Assembly: GCA_963708025.1 (NCBI GenBank)
Contig: CAVPSB010000044.1
Span: 1 to 64,000, forward strand
Direction of reading: 5' to 3'
DNA: 64,000 nucleotides
Source of the DNA: an uncultured Candidatus Rokubacteria bacterium
GTDB lineage: Bacteria; Methylomirabilota; Methylomirabilia; Rokubacteriales; DASRDR01
This document shows positions 43,793 to 53,352 of the stretch, one piece after another. The notes beneath the pieces are model-generated. The model made no database searches. It was not told the origin of the DNA and saw nothing but the letters and a program-made list of their open reading frames with translations. The translations under genes and the position numbers were made by a program. Within the stretch, counting starts at the first letter, position 1; each line of letters opens with the position of its first letter.

Positions 43793-43933
43793 GCGGGGCC
43801 GAGGAGCGAGCAGCGCTAGGACGCAGGGAGTCGCCCACCGCAGGCGTATGCCGCATACGCCGAGGATGGGCGACGACCCCGAAGGCCGAAGGCCGTCCGA
43901 AGGACGACGCGATGCGACGCTCATCGGCCCCGC
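43793..43933. repeat. Dispersed structured repeat family A, copy 2
   Basis: TIR GCGGGGCCGA...TCGGCCCCGC; same core; 3 nt after the rpsA TAG. Confidence 0.9.
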
Positions 43934-43936
43934 GGG

Positions 43937-45730
43937 CTAATCGTCGTCGTCGTCCTCGTACCTGTCCCGGTCCCTCCGCCCCTTCCCGCGGCCTCGATGG
44001 AGCTCCGGGTCCTCCACCGCCACGGCGAGGTCGGCCGCCAGCTCCTTGAGCGACAGCCCGATGCGCCGCTCGTTCGGGTCCACGCGGATCACCTTGAGCG
44101 TCAGCTCGTCGTTGACCTGCACGACGTCCTCGGGCCGGTTGATCGGGCGGTGCGACATCTGGGAGATGTGCAACAACCCGTCGACCCCAGGCTCCAGCTC
44201 CACGAAGGCGCCGAACTCGGCGAGGCGGACCACCTTGCCCTTGACGTTGGCGCCCAGGGGGTACTTGGCGACCGCGGTCTCCCAGGGATCGGGCTGGATC
44301 TGCTTGAGGCCGAGCGAGATCCGCTTGGCGTCCTTGTCGACGTGGAGGATCACGGTCTCGAGCGCCTGGCCCTTCTTGACGACTTCCGAGGGATGGGTCA
44401 CGTTCCGGGCCCACGTCATGTCGGAGATGTGGAGCAACCCGTCGATGCCCGGCTCCAGCTCCACGAACGCGCCGAAGTCGGTGAGGTTGCGGACCTTGCC
44501 CTGGACGCGGACGCCCGGCTGGTAGCGGGTGTCGATCGTGTCCCACGGGTCCGGCTCGACCTGCTTCATGCCCAGCGAGATGCGCTTCTGGCCCTTGTTG
44601 ACGTCGAGAACCTGCACCTCCACGTCGTCGCCCACGTTCACCAGCTTGGAGGGGTGGCGCACGCGGCGGGTCCACGACATCTCGGAGACGTGGACCAGTC
44701 CCTCGACCCCCTTCTCCAGCTCGACGAAGGCGCCGTAGTTGGTGAGGCTGACGATCTTGCCCTGGTGGCGGCTGCCGGGCGCGAAGCGCTCCTCGACCGT
44801 CTCCCACGGGTCCGCGCCCTTCTGCTTGAAGCCGAGCGAGACCCGGCCCGTCTCCCGGTCGAAGTGGAGGACCATCACCTCGATCTTGTCGCCGACCTGG
44901 ACCAGCTCCGAGGGGTGGCTGATCCGGCCCCACGACATGTCGGTGATGTGGAGCAGGCCGTCGATCCCGCCGAGGTCGATGAAGGCGCCGTACTCGGTGA
45001 TGTTCTTGACCACGCCGGTCAGGACCATGCCCTCGTGGAGGACGGAGAGCGTGTGCTTCCGCTTCTCCTCCCGCTCCTCCTCGAGGACCACCCGGCGGGA
45101 GAGCACCACGTTACCGCGACGCCGGTTCAGCTTGATGACCCGCGCCCGGATCTGCTGGCCCATCATGGTCGCCAGATTCTTGACGGGCCGGAGGTCGACC
45201 TGGGAGCCGGGCAGGAAGGCCTTCACGCCCACGTCCACGGCCAGGCCGCCCTTCACCACCTCGATGACCTTGCCCTCGACCGGGCTGCCCTTCTCGTAGG
45301 CCCGGGTGATGACGTCCCACACCTTGATCTTGTCGGCCTTCTCCTTGGACAGGACGATGAGGCCCTCGGAGTCCTCCTTCATCTCCAGGTAGACCTCGAT
45401 CTCCTCGCCAACCTTGGGGACGATGCCCGTCCGCTGGAACTCTTCCAGCGGGATCGTGCCCTCGCTCTTGTAGCCGACGTCGACGAGGACGTCGGCGTCG
45501 TTCACGGCCACGATCCGGCCGCGGACGACCTCGCCCTCCTCGAGATCCTGCAGGCTCTGGCGATAGAGGTCCTCGAGCTCGTCCTGACCGGCTCCCGCCG
45601 GAGGGATTCCGCTCGCCTGCTCGCCCGGAGCCTCCCGTCCCGCGCCCACCTCCTTCCGGGAAATTCCGGACCCGGCGCCCCCGCGGGGATAGCTCTCGTG
45701 GCGCTCGGGGTAGTGTTCGTGCTGTTCCAT
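43937..45730 (-). CDS. rpsA: 30S ribosomal protein S1
   Basis: Six S1 repeats (VDVGYKSEG, FLPGSQVD, GLLHITDMSW, GLVHVSEMSW). Confidence 0.97.
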   Translation of the reverse strand: MEQHEHYPERHESYPRGGAGSGISRKEVGAGREAPGEQASGIPPAGAGQDELEDLYRQSLQDLEEGEVVRGRIVAVNDADVLVDVGYKSEGTIPLEEFQRTGIVPKVGEEIEVYLEMKEDSEGLIVLSKEKADKIKVWDVITRAYEKGSPVEGKVIEVVKGGLAVDVGVKAFLPGSQVDLRPVKNLATMMGQQIRARVIKLNRRRGNVVLSRRVVLEEEREEKRKHTLSVLHEGMVLTGVVKNITEYGAFIDLGGIDGLLHITDMSWGRISHPSELVQVGDKIEVMVLHFDRETGRVSLGFKQKGADPWETVEERFAPGSRHQGKIVSLTNYGAFVELEKGVEGLVHVSEMSWTRRVRHPSKLVNVGDDVEVQVLDVNKGQKRISLGMKQVEPDPWDTIDTRYQPGVRVQGKVRNLTDFGAFVELEPGIDGLLHISDMTWARNVTHPSEVVKKGQALETVILHVDKDAKRISLGLKQIQPDPWETAVAKYPLGANVKGKVVRLAEFGAFVELEPGVDGLLHISQMSHRPINRPEDVVQVNDELTLKVIRVDPNERRIGLSLKELAADLAVAVEDPELHRGRGKGRRDRDRYEDDDDD

Positions 45731-45747
45731 ATCCTGCTTTCCTCCCG

Positions 45748-46440
45748 TTAGTGAATTTGGCCCACGGGCAACGGCCCCCGGGCCGTCCTCTCCGCGTGCT
45801 GTGTTGTCGTCGGTCCCGTGGGACTCGACGAGGAGGCCTGCTCGGCCTCGGCCTTCAGGCGGCCAATCGCCGCCATGATCTGGTCGCTGATCTCCTGGTA
45901 CCGGTGCCGGCCGCGCCCGCGCTCGAAGCGGAGCGGCGGACCGTACCGGACCGTCACGCAGGCCCGCTGGGGTCGGCTCGCGCCGCGCGGCAAGGCGTGC
46001 CCCGTCCCCTGGACGTAGACCGGGACCACCGGCGCTTCGGACAGCGCGGCCAGCATCCCGGCTCCCGGCCGCCCCGGCTGGAGCTGGCCCTCCGTTCCCC
46101 GCGTCCCCTCCGGGAACACGAGGAGCGCCTTCTCCTCCCGCAACAAGAGTAACGCATGACGGAGCGCGGCGGCGTCCGCACCGTCCCGCTCCACCGGGTG
46201 GGCATTCAGATGGCTGATCAGCCAGCCCAGGAACGGGACCCGGAACAGCTCGGCCTTCGCCATGAAGTGGATCGGCCGAGGGGCGGCGGAGCCCACGACC
46301 GGGGGGTCGAGCGCGCTCACGTGGTTGGCGGCCAGCAGGAGCCGGCCCTCCAGCGGGACGTTCTCGCGGCCGACCGCGCGGAAGCCGAAGAGGAGCCTGA
46401 GCACGGCGTAGGTCAAGGGCCTCAGGATCCGGTAGAGCAT
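45748..46440 (-). CDS. plsC: 1-acyl-sn-glycerol-3-phosphate acyltransferase
   Basis: NHVSALD, FMAKAELF, FPEGTR. Confidence 0.92.
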   Translation of the reverse strand: MLYRILRPLTYAVLRLLFGFRAVGRENVPLEGRLLLAANHVSALDPPVVGSAAPRPIHFMAKAELFRVPFLGWLISHLNAHPVERDGADAAALRHALLLLREEKALLVFPEGTRGTEGQLQPGRPGAGMLAALSEAPVVPVYVQGTGHALPRGASRPQRACVTVRYGPPLRFERGRGRHRYQEISDQIMAAIGRLKAEAEQASSSSPTGPTTTQHAERTARGPLPVGQIH

Positions 46441-47084
46441 ATCCGCTCGACTTCCTTGACCATCAGCTCGATCACCTCGTCAACGCTCATGCCGCTCGAG
46501 TCGATGTAGATGGCGTCCTCGATGCGCCGGAGTGGCGCCACCGCCCGGGTCCGGTCTGCGAGGTCGCGCGCGGCGAGCGCCTCCCGGACCGCCTCCAGCC
46601 CGGTCGTCTCGCCCCGGGCCTGGCGGTCCGCCAGCCGGCGGCTGGCCCGGACGTCGAGCGAGGCGTCCAGGTAAAACTTGCAGTCGGCCGCGGGAAAGAC
46701 CACGGTGCCGGCGTCCCGACCCTCCACGACGACCGGGCCGGCGGCGGCCAGGCGGCGCTGGAGGGCGTCGGCGAAGGCCCGGACGTCCGGGCGCTGGGAG
46801 AGGGCCGAGGTGAGCCCGCTCATCTGGGGAGCGCGGAGCGCCTCGGTCACATCCTCGCCGTTGACGAGGACCCGCTGCTGCTCGGGCCGGCCCTGGAGTT
46901 CGATCTCGGTGGCCGCCAGGGCGGTCTCCACCGGGACGCCGGCGGAGACCCGCCAGGCGATCGCCCGGTAAATCGCGCCGCTGGGGACGAACCGATAGCC
47001 CAGCCGCTCCGCGAGCCGCCGGGCCACGGTGCTCTTCCCCGCCCCGGCCGGGCCGTCGATGGTCACCACCGGGTGGCCGGTCAT
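46422..47084 (-). CDS. cmk: Cytidylate kinase
   Basis: IDGPAGAGKST, EGRDAGTVVFP. Confidence 0.95.
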   Translation of the reverse strand: MTGHPVVTIDGPAGAGKSTVARRLAERLGYRFVPSGAIYRAIAWRVSAGVPVETALAATEIELQGRPEQQRVLVNGEDVTEALRAPQMSGLTSALSQRPDVRAFADALQRRLAAAGPVVVEGRDAGTVVFPAADCKFYLDASLDVRASRRLADRQARGETTGLEAVREALAARDLADRTRAVAPLRRIEDAIYIDSSGMSVDEVIELMVKEVERICSTGS

Positions 47085-47196
47085 TCGGGTCCACCCCCAC
47101 CCCCGACCCCTCCCCACCCTCCGGGGGGAGGGGGGGCGGCCAGCAGCCCCGACGCGGCGCGAGGCCGGCAGAGCGTTGGGGTTGACATGCTGTGTC
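47085..47196. repeat. REP-like palindromic insert (family B) between aroA and cmk
   Basis: CCCCTCCCC-ACCCTCC-GGGGGGAGGGG hairpin; ends CGAA|TGA on the minus strand. Confidence 0.75.
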
Positions 47197-48513
47197 TCAC
47201 TCGGTCACCTCGATGCAGTCCGGGCCCGCTAGCGACCGGCAGGTCGAGATGAAGTCGGGGTAGGAGGTCTGGATGCACTCGATCCCCTCGACCAGCGTCG
47301 TCCCCTCCGCACCGAGCCCGGCGACGATGAGCGCCATCGCCAGCCGGTGATCCCCCCAGCTCGAGACGTGGGCGCCCCGGAGCGGGCCGCCTCCCGTCCC
47401 CTCGATCCGGAACCCGTCCGGCCGCTCCTCGATCCGCACGCCGAGCTTCGCGAGCTCGGTGACCAGGGCGCGAATCCGGTCCGACTCCTTCACGCGGAGC
47501 TCGGCGGCATCGCGCAGCTCGGTCACGCCCGCCGCGCGTGCCGCCGCCACGGCGAGGATCGGCAGCTCGTCGATCGCGCGGGGCACGACGCTCCCGCCGA
47601 TGGCCGTCCCCCGGAGCGGGCCGGGCCGGACCGTCAGGTCCCCTCGCGGCTCGCCGTCGTCGCCGGTCGGCGCGATCCGGAGGTCCGCTCCCATCGCCTC
47701 GAGGAGGTCGAGGGCGCCGGTGCGCGTCGGGTTGAGCCCGGCGCCCTCCACGGTCACCTGGCCCTCTCCGGCGAGGGCGGCGGCGACGAGGAAGAACGCG
47801 GCCGACGAGATGTCGCCCGGAACCCGGACCAGCCGGCCGGTCAGCGGACGGCCCGGCGTCAGCGTGACGGTCCGGTCCTCCACCGCGAGATCCGCGCCGA
47901 ACGCCGCCAGCATGCGCTCGGTGTGATCGCGGCTCCGCGCGGACTCGACCACCGAGACCGGCCCCGACGCCCAGAGCCCGGCGAGGAGGATCGCCGACTT
48001 GACCTGGGCGCTGGCGACCGGCGCCTGGTGGCGGATCGGCGCGAGCGGCCGCGCCCCGGCGATCACCAGCGGCAGGCGGCGACCGCCGCTCCGGCCCAGC
48101 ACGCGGGCGCCCATCCGGCCGAGCGGCTCCACCACGCGGTCCATCGGTCGCCGCCGCAGGGAGTCGTCGCCGGTGAGCGTCGCCGCGAAGGGCTGGCCGG
48201 CCAGGAGTCCGAGGAGCAGGCGCGCACTCGTCCCGGAGTTCCCGCAGTCGATCACGCTCTCGGGCTCGGTCAGCCCCTCGAGCCCCGCGCCCTGGATCAC
48301 GTAGTGCCCCGGCGCCTTGCGCGTGACCTCGACGCCGAGGGCCGCCACGGCGGCCAGCGTGCGCAAGCAGTCCTCGCCCTCCAGCAGCCCGTGGATCTCG
48401 GTGACGCCGGTCGCCACCGCCCCGAAGAGCGCGGCGCGGTGCGAGATGGACTTGTCGCCCGGCACGACGACGATCCCCCCCAGACGGCGAACGGCTCGGA
48501 CCCGCGCGTTCAC
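47197..48513 (-). CDS. aroA: EPSP synthase
   Basis: PGDKSISHR, CGNSGT, SAQVKSA, RDHTE, LRVKESDR, DHRLAM. Confidence 0.96.
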   Translation of the reverse strand: MNARVRAVRRLGGIVVVPGDKSISHRAALFGAVATGVTEIHGLLEGEDCLRTLAAVAALGVEVTRKAPGHYVIQGAGLEGLTEPESVIDCGNSGTSARLLLGLLAGQPFAATLTGDDSLRRRPMDRVVEPLGRMGARVLGRSGGRRLPLVIAGARPLAPIRHQAPVASAQVKSAILLAGLWASGPVSVVESARSRDHTERMLAAFGADLAVEDRTVTLTPGRPLTGRLVRVPGDISSAAFFLVAAALAGEGQVTVEGAGLNPTRTGALDLLEAMGADLRIAPTGDDGEPRGDLTVRPGPLRGTAIGGSVVPRAIDELPILAVAAARAAGVTELRDAAELRVKESDRIRALVTELAKLGVRIEERPDGFRIEGTGGGPLRGAHVSSWGDHRLAMALIVAGLGAEGTTLVEGIECIQTSYPDFISTCRSLAGPDCIEVTE

Positions 48514-49358
48514 TGGAGCTTCTCCCGCCGCTCGCGCGCTCGCCCCAGCGCCGATTCGAGCGCCTCCCACTCCCCGTCCCTGATGAGCGCGGCCCAGCGG
48601 TCCAGCACCGCCCGGTAGTCGCCGAAGGCGGCGAGCAGGGCCGCCCGGTTCTCGCGGAAGATGTCCGTCCAGAGCGTCTCCGCGGACCCCGCGATGCGCG
48701 TCGTGTCCTGGAATCCAGCCGCGGCCAGCGGCAGGGCGTCCTCGTCGGCCGCCGCCACCAACCCGTAGGCCGCGAGGTGTGGCAGGTGGCTGATGGCCGC
48801 CACGCCGCGGTCGTGGGCCTCGGGCGAGAGCTGGCGGACCTGGCTCCCGAGCGCCTCCCAGAACGCGGTGACGCGCGCAAGGGCGGGCCCGGGGGTGCGC
48901 GGCGTCGGCGTCACCAGCGCCAGCCGATCCTCGAACAGGTCGGCCTGTGAGGCCTCGAAACCCGAGCGCTCGGAGCCCGCCATGGGATGGCTCCCGACGA
49001 AGGCGCCGGATCCCGGCGGACAGGCCTCGGCCGCCGCCACGATCGGGCCCTTCACGCTCCCGACGTCGGTCAGCACGGCGCCGGCGGCCAGGTGAGGCCA
49101 GGCGCCTCGCACGAGCCCGGGCAGCGTCCCGACCGGAGTGCACAGCACCACGAGATCCGCGCCTCGCACCCCGGCCGCCAGGTCGTGGGTGGTCGTATCG
49201 ACGACGCCGGCGGCCCGGGCGCGCCCGAGGACCGACGCCGTCCGCCCGACCCCGACGATCTCCCGGGCCACCCGCCGGGCACGGGCGGCCCGGGCCACCG
49301 AGCCTCCGAGGAGGCCGAGGCCGACGACGGTCAAGCGCGAGAGTGACGGCTCGGTCAA
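48510..49358 (-). CDS. tyrA: Prephenate dehydrogenase
   Basis: GLGLLGGS, TDVGSVK, SHPMAGSE, HD...SHLPH, DTTRIA. Confidence 0.93.
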   Translation of the reverse strand: MTEPSLSRLTVVGLGLLGGSVARAARARRVAREIVGVGRTASVLGRARAAGVVDTTTHDLAAGVRGADLVVLCTPVGTLPGLVRGAWPHLAAGAVLTDVGSVKGPIVAAAEACPPGSGAFVGSHPMAGSERSGFEASQADLFEDRLALVTPTPRTPGPALARVTAFWEALGSQVRQLSPEAHDRGVAAISHLPHLAAYGLVAAADEDALPLAAAGFQDTTRIAGSAETLWTDIFRENRAALLAAFGDYRAVLDRWAALIRDGEWEALESALGRARERREKLQ

Positions 49359-50464
49359 CCGGCCTTCTTTCCCAGCACGGTCTGGAGTGCCTGGATGAGC
49401 CGCGCGTTCTCCTCCGGCGTGCCGATGGTGATGCGCAGCGCGCGCTCCAGCCCGAAGCTGGCCATGGGCCGCACGATCACCCCCTGCCGCAGGAGCCGCT
49501 TGTAGACGCCCGGGGCGTCGGCCATCTCGACCAGGATGAAGTTCGCCCGCGTCGGCACGTACTTGATCCCCATCGCGTCGAACGCCCGGTAGAGGGTCGC
49601 GATCCCTTCCTGGATCATCGCCACCGTCTGCCGGGCGTGGGTGTCGTCCTCCAGGGCGGCCAGGGCGGCGACCTGCGCGATCGTGTTGACGTTGAACGGC
49701 TGGCGGATGCGGTTCAGCAACCCGATGCAGTCGGGATCGGCGACGGCGTAGCCGACCCGCAGCCCGGCCAGGCTGGCCACCTTGGAGAACGTCCGGAGGA
49801 TGATGACCCGGCGCCCCTGGCGAAGGGCGGCCAAGCTGTCCGGGAAGTCGGGCCCCTGCGCGAACTCGACGTAGGCCTCGTCGAAGACGACGATGACGCG
49901 CTCCGGCACCTCGGCCAGGAAGCGGTCCACCTCCTCGGCCGTCACGATGGTGCCGGTCGGGTTGTTGGGGTTGGCGACGAAGACGAGCTTGGTCAGCGGC
50001 GTGATCGCCCGCGCCATCGTGGGGAGATCGAGCCGGTGGTCCTTGAGCGTGACCACCACCCGGATGCCGCCCACGCTCTGGACGATGGACGGGTAGACGA
50101 CGAAGGAGGGGTGGGGAAACACCACCTCCTCCCGCTGCCGCACGAAGGTCCGGGCGATCAGCTCCAATAGCTCGTTGGAGCCGTTGCCCAGCACGATGGC
50201 GTCCGGGGAGACCCCGTGGCGCTTCGCCAGCGCGTGGCGGAGGTAATGGCCGGAGCCATCCGGATAGCGGTTCAGCCCGCCCAGCACCTGGCGGATGGCC
50301 CGGAGCACGCCGTCCGAGGGGGGCAGCGGGTTCTCGTTCGAGGCCAGCTTGATGACGCCGGCGATCTCCAGCTCGCGCTGCACTTCCTCGATGGGCTTGC
50401 CGGGCTCGTAGGGCGCGATGTCGAGGATCGGCTCGTTGGCAAGACGCTCCCAGGACGTGCTCAT
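49355..50464 (-). CDS. hisC: Histidinol-phosphate aminotransferase
   Basis: KLASNEN, GNGSNE, NPNNPTG, DEAY, RTFSK. Confidence 0.95.
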   Translation of the reverse strand: MSTSWERLANEPILDIAPYEPGKPIEEVQRELEIAGVIKLASNENPLPPSDGVLRAIRQVLGGLNRYPDGSGHYLRHALAKRHGVSPDAIVLGNGSNELLELIARTFVRQREEVVFPHPSFVVYPSIVQSVGGIRVVVTLKDHRLDLPTMARAITPLTKLVFVANPNNPTGTIVTAEEVDRFLAEVPERVIVVFDEAYVEFAQGPDFPDSLAALRQGRRVIILRTFSKVASLAGLRVGYAVADPDCIGLLNRIRQPFNVNTIAQVAALAALEDDTHARQTVAMIQEGIATLYRAFDAMGIKYVPTRANFILVEMADAPGVYKRLLRQGVIVRPMASFGLERALRITIGTPEENARLIQALQTVLGKKAG

Positions 50465-50475
50465 CTTGGCCTCTT

Positions 50476-51540
50476 TCAGCCCGCGACGGGGTAGGAGCCG
50501 AGGACCTTGAGGAACAGACAGCGCTCCCGCAGCGCGGCCAGCACGTCTTGCGCGGCGGCGTCAGCCTGGTGCCCCTGAAAGTCGACGAAGAACACGTACT
50601 CCCACGGTCGCCGCCGGGTCGGGCGGGACTCGATCTTGGTCAGGCTGACGCTGGCCGCGGCGAGCGGCTCCAGGATCCGATAGAGGGCGCCGACCTCGTC
50701 CTTGATGCTGAGCAGGATGGAGGTCTTGTCGCGTCCGGTCCGGCCGACCGGGCGGCGCCCGATCACCAGGAACCGGGTGACGTTCTGGGCGAGGTCCTCG
50801 ATGCGGTCGCGCAGGACCGGGAGCTGGTAGATCTCCCCGGCCAGCTCGCTCGAGATGGCCGCCACCGTCGGGTCCTCGACCGCCCGCTCGGCGGCCAGCG
50901 CGGTGGACGGCACCTCCACCGCCGGGGCGTGCGGGAGGTGCCGGTCGAGCCACTCGCGACACTGCGCCAGCGCCTGGGGATGGGAGAGGACCTGCTTGAC
51001 CTCGGCCAGATCCTGGGCCCGGGAGAGGAGATAGTGGTGGATCTCGAGCTGGATCTCCCCGCAGATCAGGAGCTCGGAGTCGATCAGTCGATCCAGGGTG
51101 TGGTTGACGGCGCCCTCGGTGGAGTTCTCCACCGGCACCACGCCGACGTCGGCCCGCTCGTGCTCGACCTCGGTGAAGACGTCGTGGATCGTGCGGAGCG
51201 GTGTGTACTCGGCCCGTCCCCCGAACTGCCGGAGCGCCGCCAGGTGCGTGAAGGTGGCCGGCGGACCGAGGTGGGCGACGCGGAACGGGCCCTCGAGCCC
51301 GCGCGCCGCCGAGAAGATCTCCCGCCAGATGGCGCGGACGGCCTCGGCGGGCAGCGGGCCCTCGTTCAGGCGGAGGAGGCGATCGAGAATCGCATGCTCG
51401 CGCTCGGGGACGAAGACGGGCGCCCCCGTCTCCCGCTTGGCCTGACCGACCTCGAGGGCGAGCGCGGCTCGCTTGTTGAGGAGCCCGAGGAGTTGCCGGT
51501 CGATGTCATCGATCCTGCCCCGCCATTCCGCCAGACCCAT
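50476..51540 (-). CDS. pheA: Chorismate mutase / prephenate dehydratase
   Basis: RIDDIDRQLL, PVENSTEG, SHPQALAQC, NVTRF, IESRP. Confidence 0.95.
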   Translation of the reverse strand: MGLAEWRGRIDDIDRQLLGLLNKRAALALEVGQAKRETGAPVFVPEREHAILDRLLRLNEGPLPAEAVRAIWREIFSAARGLEGPFRVAHLGPPATFTHLAALRQFGGRAEYTPLRTIHDVFTEVEHERADVGVVPVENSTEGAVNHTLDRLIDSELLICGEIQLEIHHYLLSRAQDLAEVKQVLSHPQALAQCREWLDRHLPHAPAVEVPSTALAAERAVEDPTVAAISSELAGEIYQLPVLRDRIEDLAQNVTRFLVIGRRPVGRTGRDKTSILLSIKDEVGALYRILEPLAAASVSLTKIESRPTRRRPWEYVFFVDFQGHQADAAAQDVLAALRERCLFLKVLGSYPVAG

Positions 51541-51576
51541 ACACGCTCCAGAGAACGGTCGCACAAAAGCCCACCT

Positions 51577-51605
51577 AGTATAGTGAAGGGGGTCGGGAGG
51601 CGCAA
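51577..51605 (-). promoter_or_regulatory. Sigma-70 promoter of the pheA operon
   Basis: TTGCGC-N17-TATACT. Confidence 0.55.
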
Positions 51606-51643
51606 GCGCGCTTCCGCCGGGCCCTGGCGGGGCCGGCGGCGCC

Positions 51644-52393
51644 TCAGGGGCGGGCGTGCCGGGCGTCCGCCGGCGCCGATTCCCCGCGGAGCGCGGCGAC
51701 CTCGCGGGGCGTCAGCTCGCGCCACCCGCCCGGGGTGAGGCGGCCCAGGCGGAGCGGTCCGTAGGCCACCCGCACGAGCCGGCGCACCCGAAGACCCACC
51801 GCGCGGCAGAGCCGCTTGACCTCGCGGTAGCGGCCTTCGGTGAGGGTCAGGGCCAGCCGGGTCTTCCCGGCCTCGGGCTCCAGCCGGCGCACCTCCTGCG
51901 CCCGCGCCGGCCCATCCTCCAGCAGCACGCCGCGCTCGAGCTGGCCGATGACCGCCGCGTCGACGTGCCCGTTGACGGAGACATGATAGACCCGCGGGAC
52001 GGCGTGGCGCGGATGCGTCAGGCGATAGGTCAGGGCGCCGTCGTTCGTGAGGAGCAGGAGGCCTTCCGCGTCGTAATCCAGCCGGCCCACCGAGTGGAGC
52101 CGTGCGCCGACGTCGGGCAGGAGGTCGAAGACGCGGGCCCGGCCCCGCGGGTCCTCGCGCGTCGTCAGGTACCCGGCCGGCTTGTGCAACAGCACGTAGC
52201 GCTTGGGCTCCGGCCGACGGATCTCCTCGCCGTCGACGCTGATCCGGTCGCGATCGGGATCGGCCCGGGCGCCCAGCTCGATGACCGGGTGCCCGTTCAC
52301 CGAGACGCGGCCGGTCTCGATCAGGCGCTCGGCCCCCCGGCGGGAGGCGATGCCGGCCTCCGCCAGGAGCTTCTGGAGGCGCACCGCCGCCAC
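51644..52393 (-). CDS. rluB: rRNA pseudouridine synthase
   Basis: RLQKLLAEAGIASRR (S4), VGRLD, GLLLLTNDG; follows scpAB. Confidence 0.88.
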   Translation of the reverse strand: MAAVRLQKLLAEAGIASRRGAERLIETGRVSVNGHPVIELGARADPDRDRISVDGEEIRRPEPKRYVLLHKPAGYLTTREDPRGRARVFDLLPDVGARLHSVGRLDYDAEGLLLLTNDGALTYRLTHPRHAVPRVYHVSVNGHVDAAVIGQLERGVLLEDGPARAQEVRRLEPEAGKTRLALTLTEGRYREVKRLCRAVGLRVRRLVRVAYGPLRLGRLTPGGWRELTPREVAALRGESAPADARHARP

Positions 52394-52396
52394 CGG

Positions 52397-53038
52397 TCAG
52401 AGCCGGGGGAGGACCGCCCCCTCGTCGGCGGGCCGAGCCTGCTCCTCGTCGGCGGGCGTCTCGACCGGGACCTCGGCGGCTTCCCCCGCTGCCGCCTCCG
52501 GCGCCGGGGCCTCGACCGCGGCCGGCGGGGCCGGGATGTCGAACGGCGGCAACTCGGCGAGGTCCCGCAGGCCGAAATGCTCGAGGAAGTCCCGGGTCGT
52601 GCCGTAGAGGATCGGGCGCCCCGGGGTCTCCCTTCGCCCGACCACGCGGACGAGCCGGCGCTCGAGGAGATGCGTCACCACCGCATCGGCGCTCACCCCG
52701 CGGAGCTGCTCGATCTCCGGCCGCGAGATCGGCTGGCGATAGGCCACGATCGCGAGGGTCTCCAGCGCGGCGCGGGAGAGGCGGCTCTTGAGGCGGAGAC
52801 GTTGGAGGCGGAGCAGCACCGGGGCCAGCTCGGGTCGGGTAACGAGACGGTAGCCGCCCCCCACCTCTACCACCGTCAGGCCCCGGCCCGCCGTCTCGCA
52901 GGCCACGCGCAGCGTGTCGAGCGCGGCGCGCACCTCGTCAGGCGCCAGGTCGAGCACCTCACCGATCCGCGCCAGCTCGAGTGGGGCGTCGGAGGCGAAC
53001 AGGAGCGCCTCGAGGGCGGCCTGGATCTCAGGGGTCAT
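52397..53038 (-). CDS. scpB: SMC-Scp subunit ScpB
   Basis: LEALLFAS, LSRAALETLAIVAYRQP, GRPILYGTT, FGLRDL. Confidence 0.95.
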   Translation of the reverse strand: MTPEIQAALEALLFASDAPLELARIGEVLDLAPDEVRAALDTLRVACETAGRGLTVVEVGGGYRLVTRPELAPVLLRLQRLRLKSRLSRAALETLAIVAYRQPISRPEIEQLRGVSADAVVTHLLERRLVRVVGRRETPGRPILYGTTRDFLEHFGLRDLAELPPFDIPAPPAAVEAPAPEAAAGEAAEVPVETPADEEQARPADEGAVLPRL

Positions 53039-53352
53039 TCGAAACCTCCCGCCCACCCCCCAGCCCCCCTCCCCCACCCACCGGGGGGAGGGGGGGGCCG
53101 GAGGACTCGCTTGTTTCACGCGCTCTCGAATCGCGACCTCTCACTGATTCGAAACCTCCCGCCCACCCCCCAGCCCCCCTCCCCCACCCACCGGGGGGAG
53201 GGGGGGGCCGGAGGACTCGCTTGTTTCACGCGCTCTCGAATCGCGACCTCTCACTGATTCGAAACCTCCCGCCCACCCCCCAGCCCCCCTCCCCCACCCA
53301 CCGGGGGGAGGGGGGGGCCGGAAGCGGGGCGTCGGTTGCTTCATGCGCTCTC
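53037..53352. repeat. 110-bp tandem repeat (about 2.8 copies) of a family-B palindromic unit between scpA and scpB
   Basis: GAAACCTCCC at 53041, 53151 and 53261; first two units identical; each holds CCCCCTCCCCC-ACCCACC-GGGGGGAGGGGG. Confidence 0.95.

Noticed and set aside
53037-53352. CRISPR array
   Set aside because: Units are identical over the full 110 bp with no unique spacers, and there are no cas genes.
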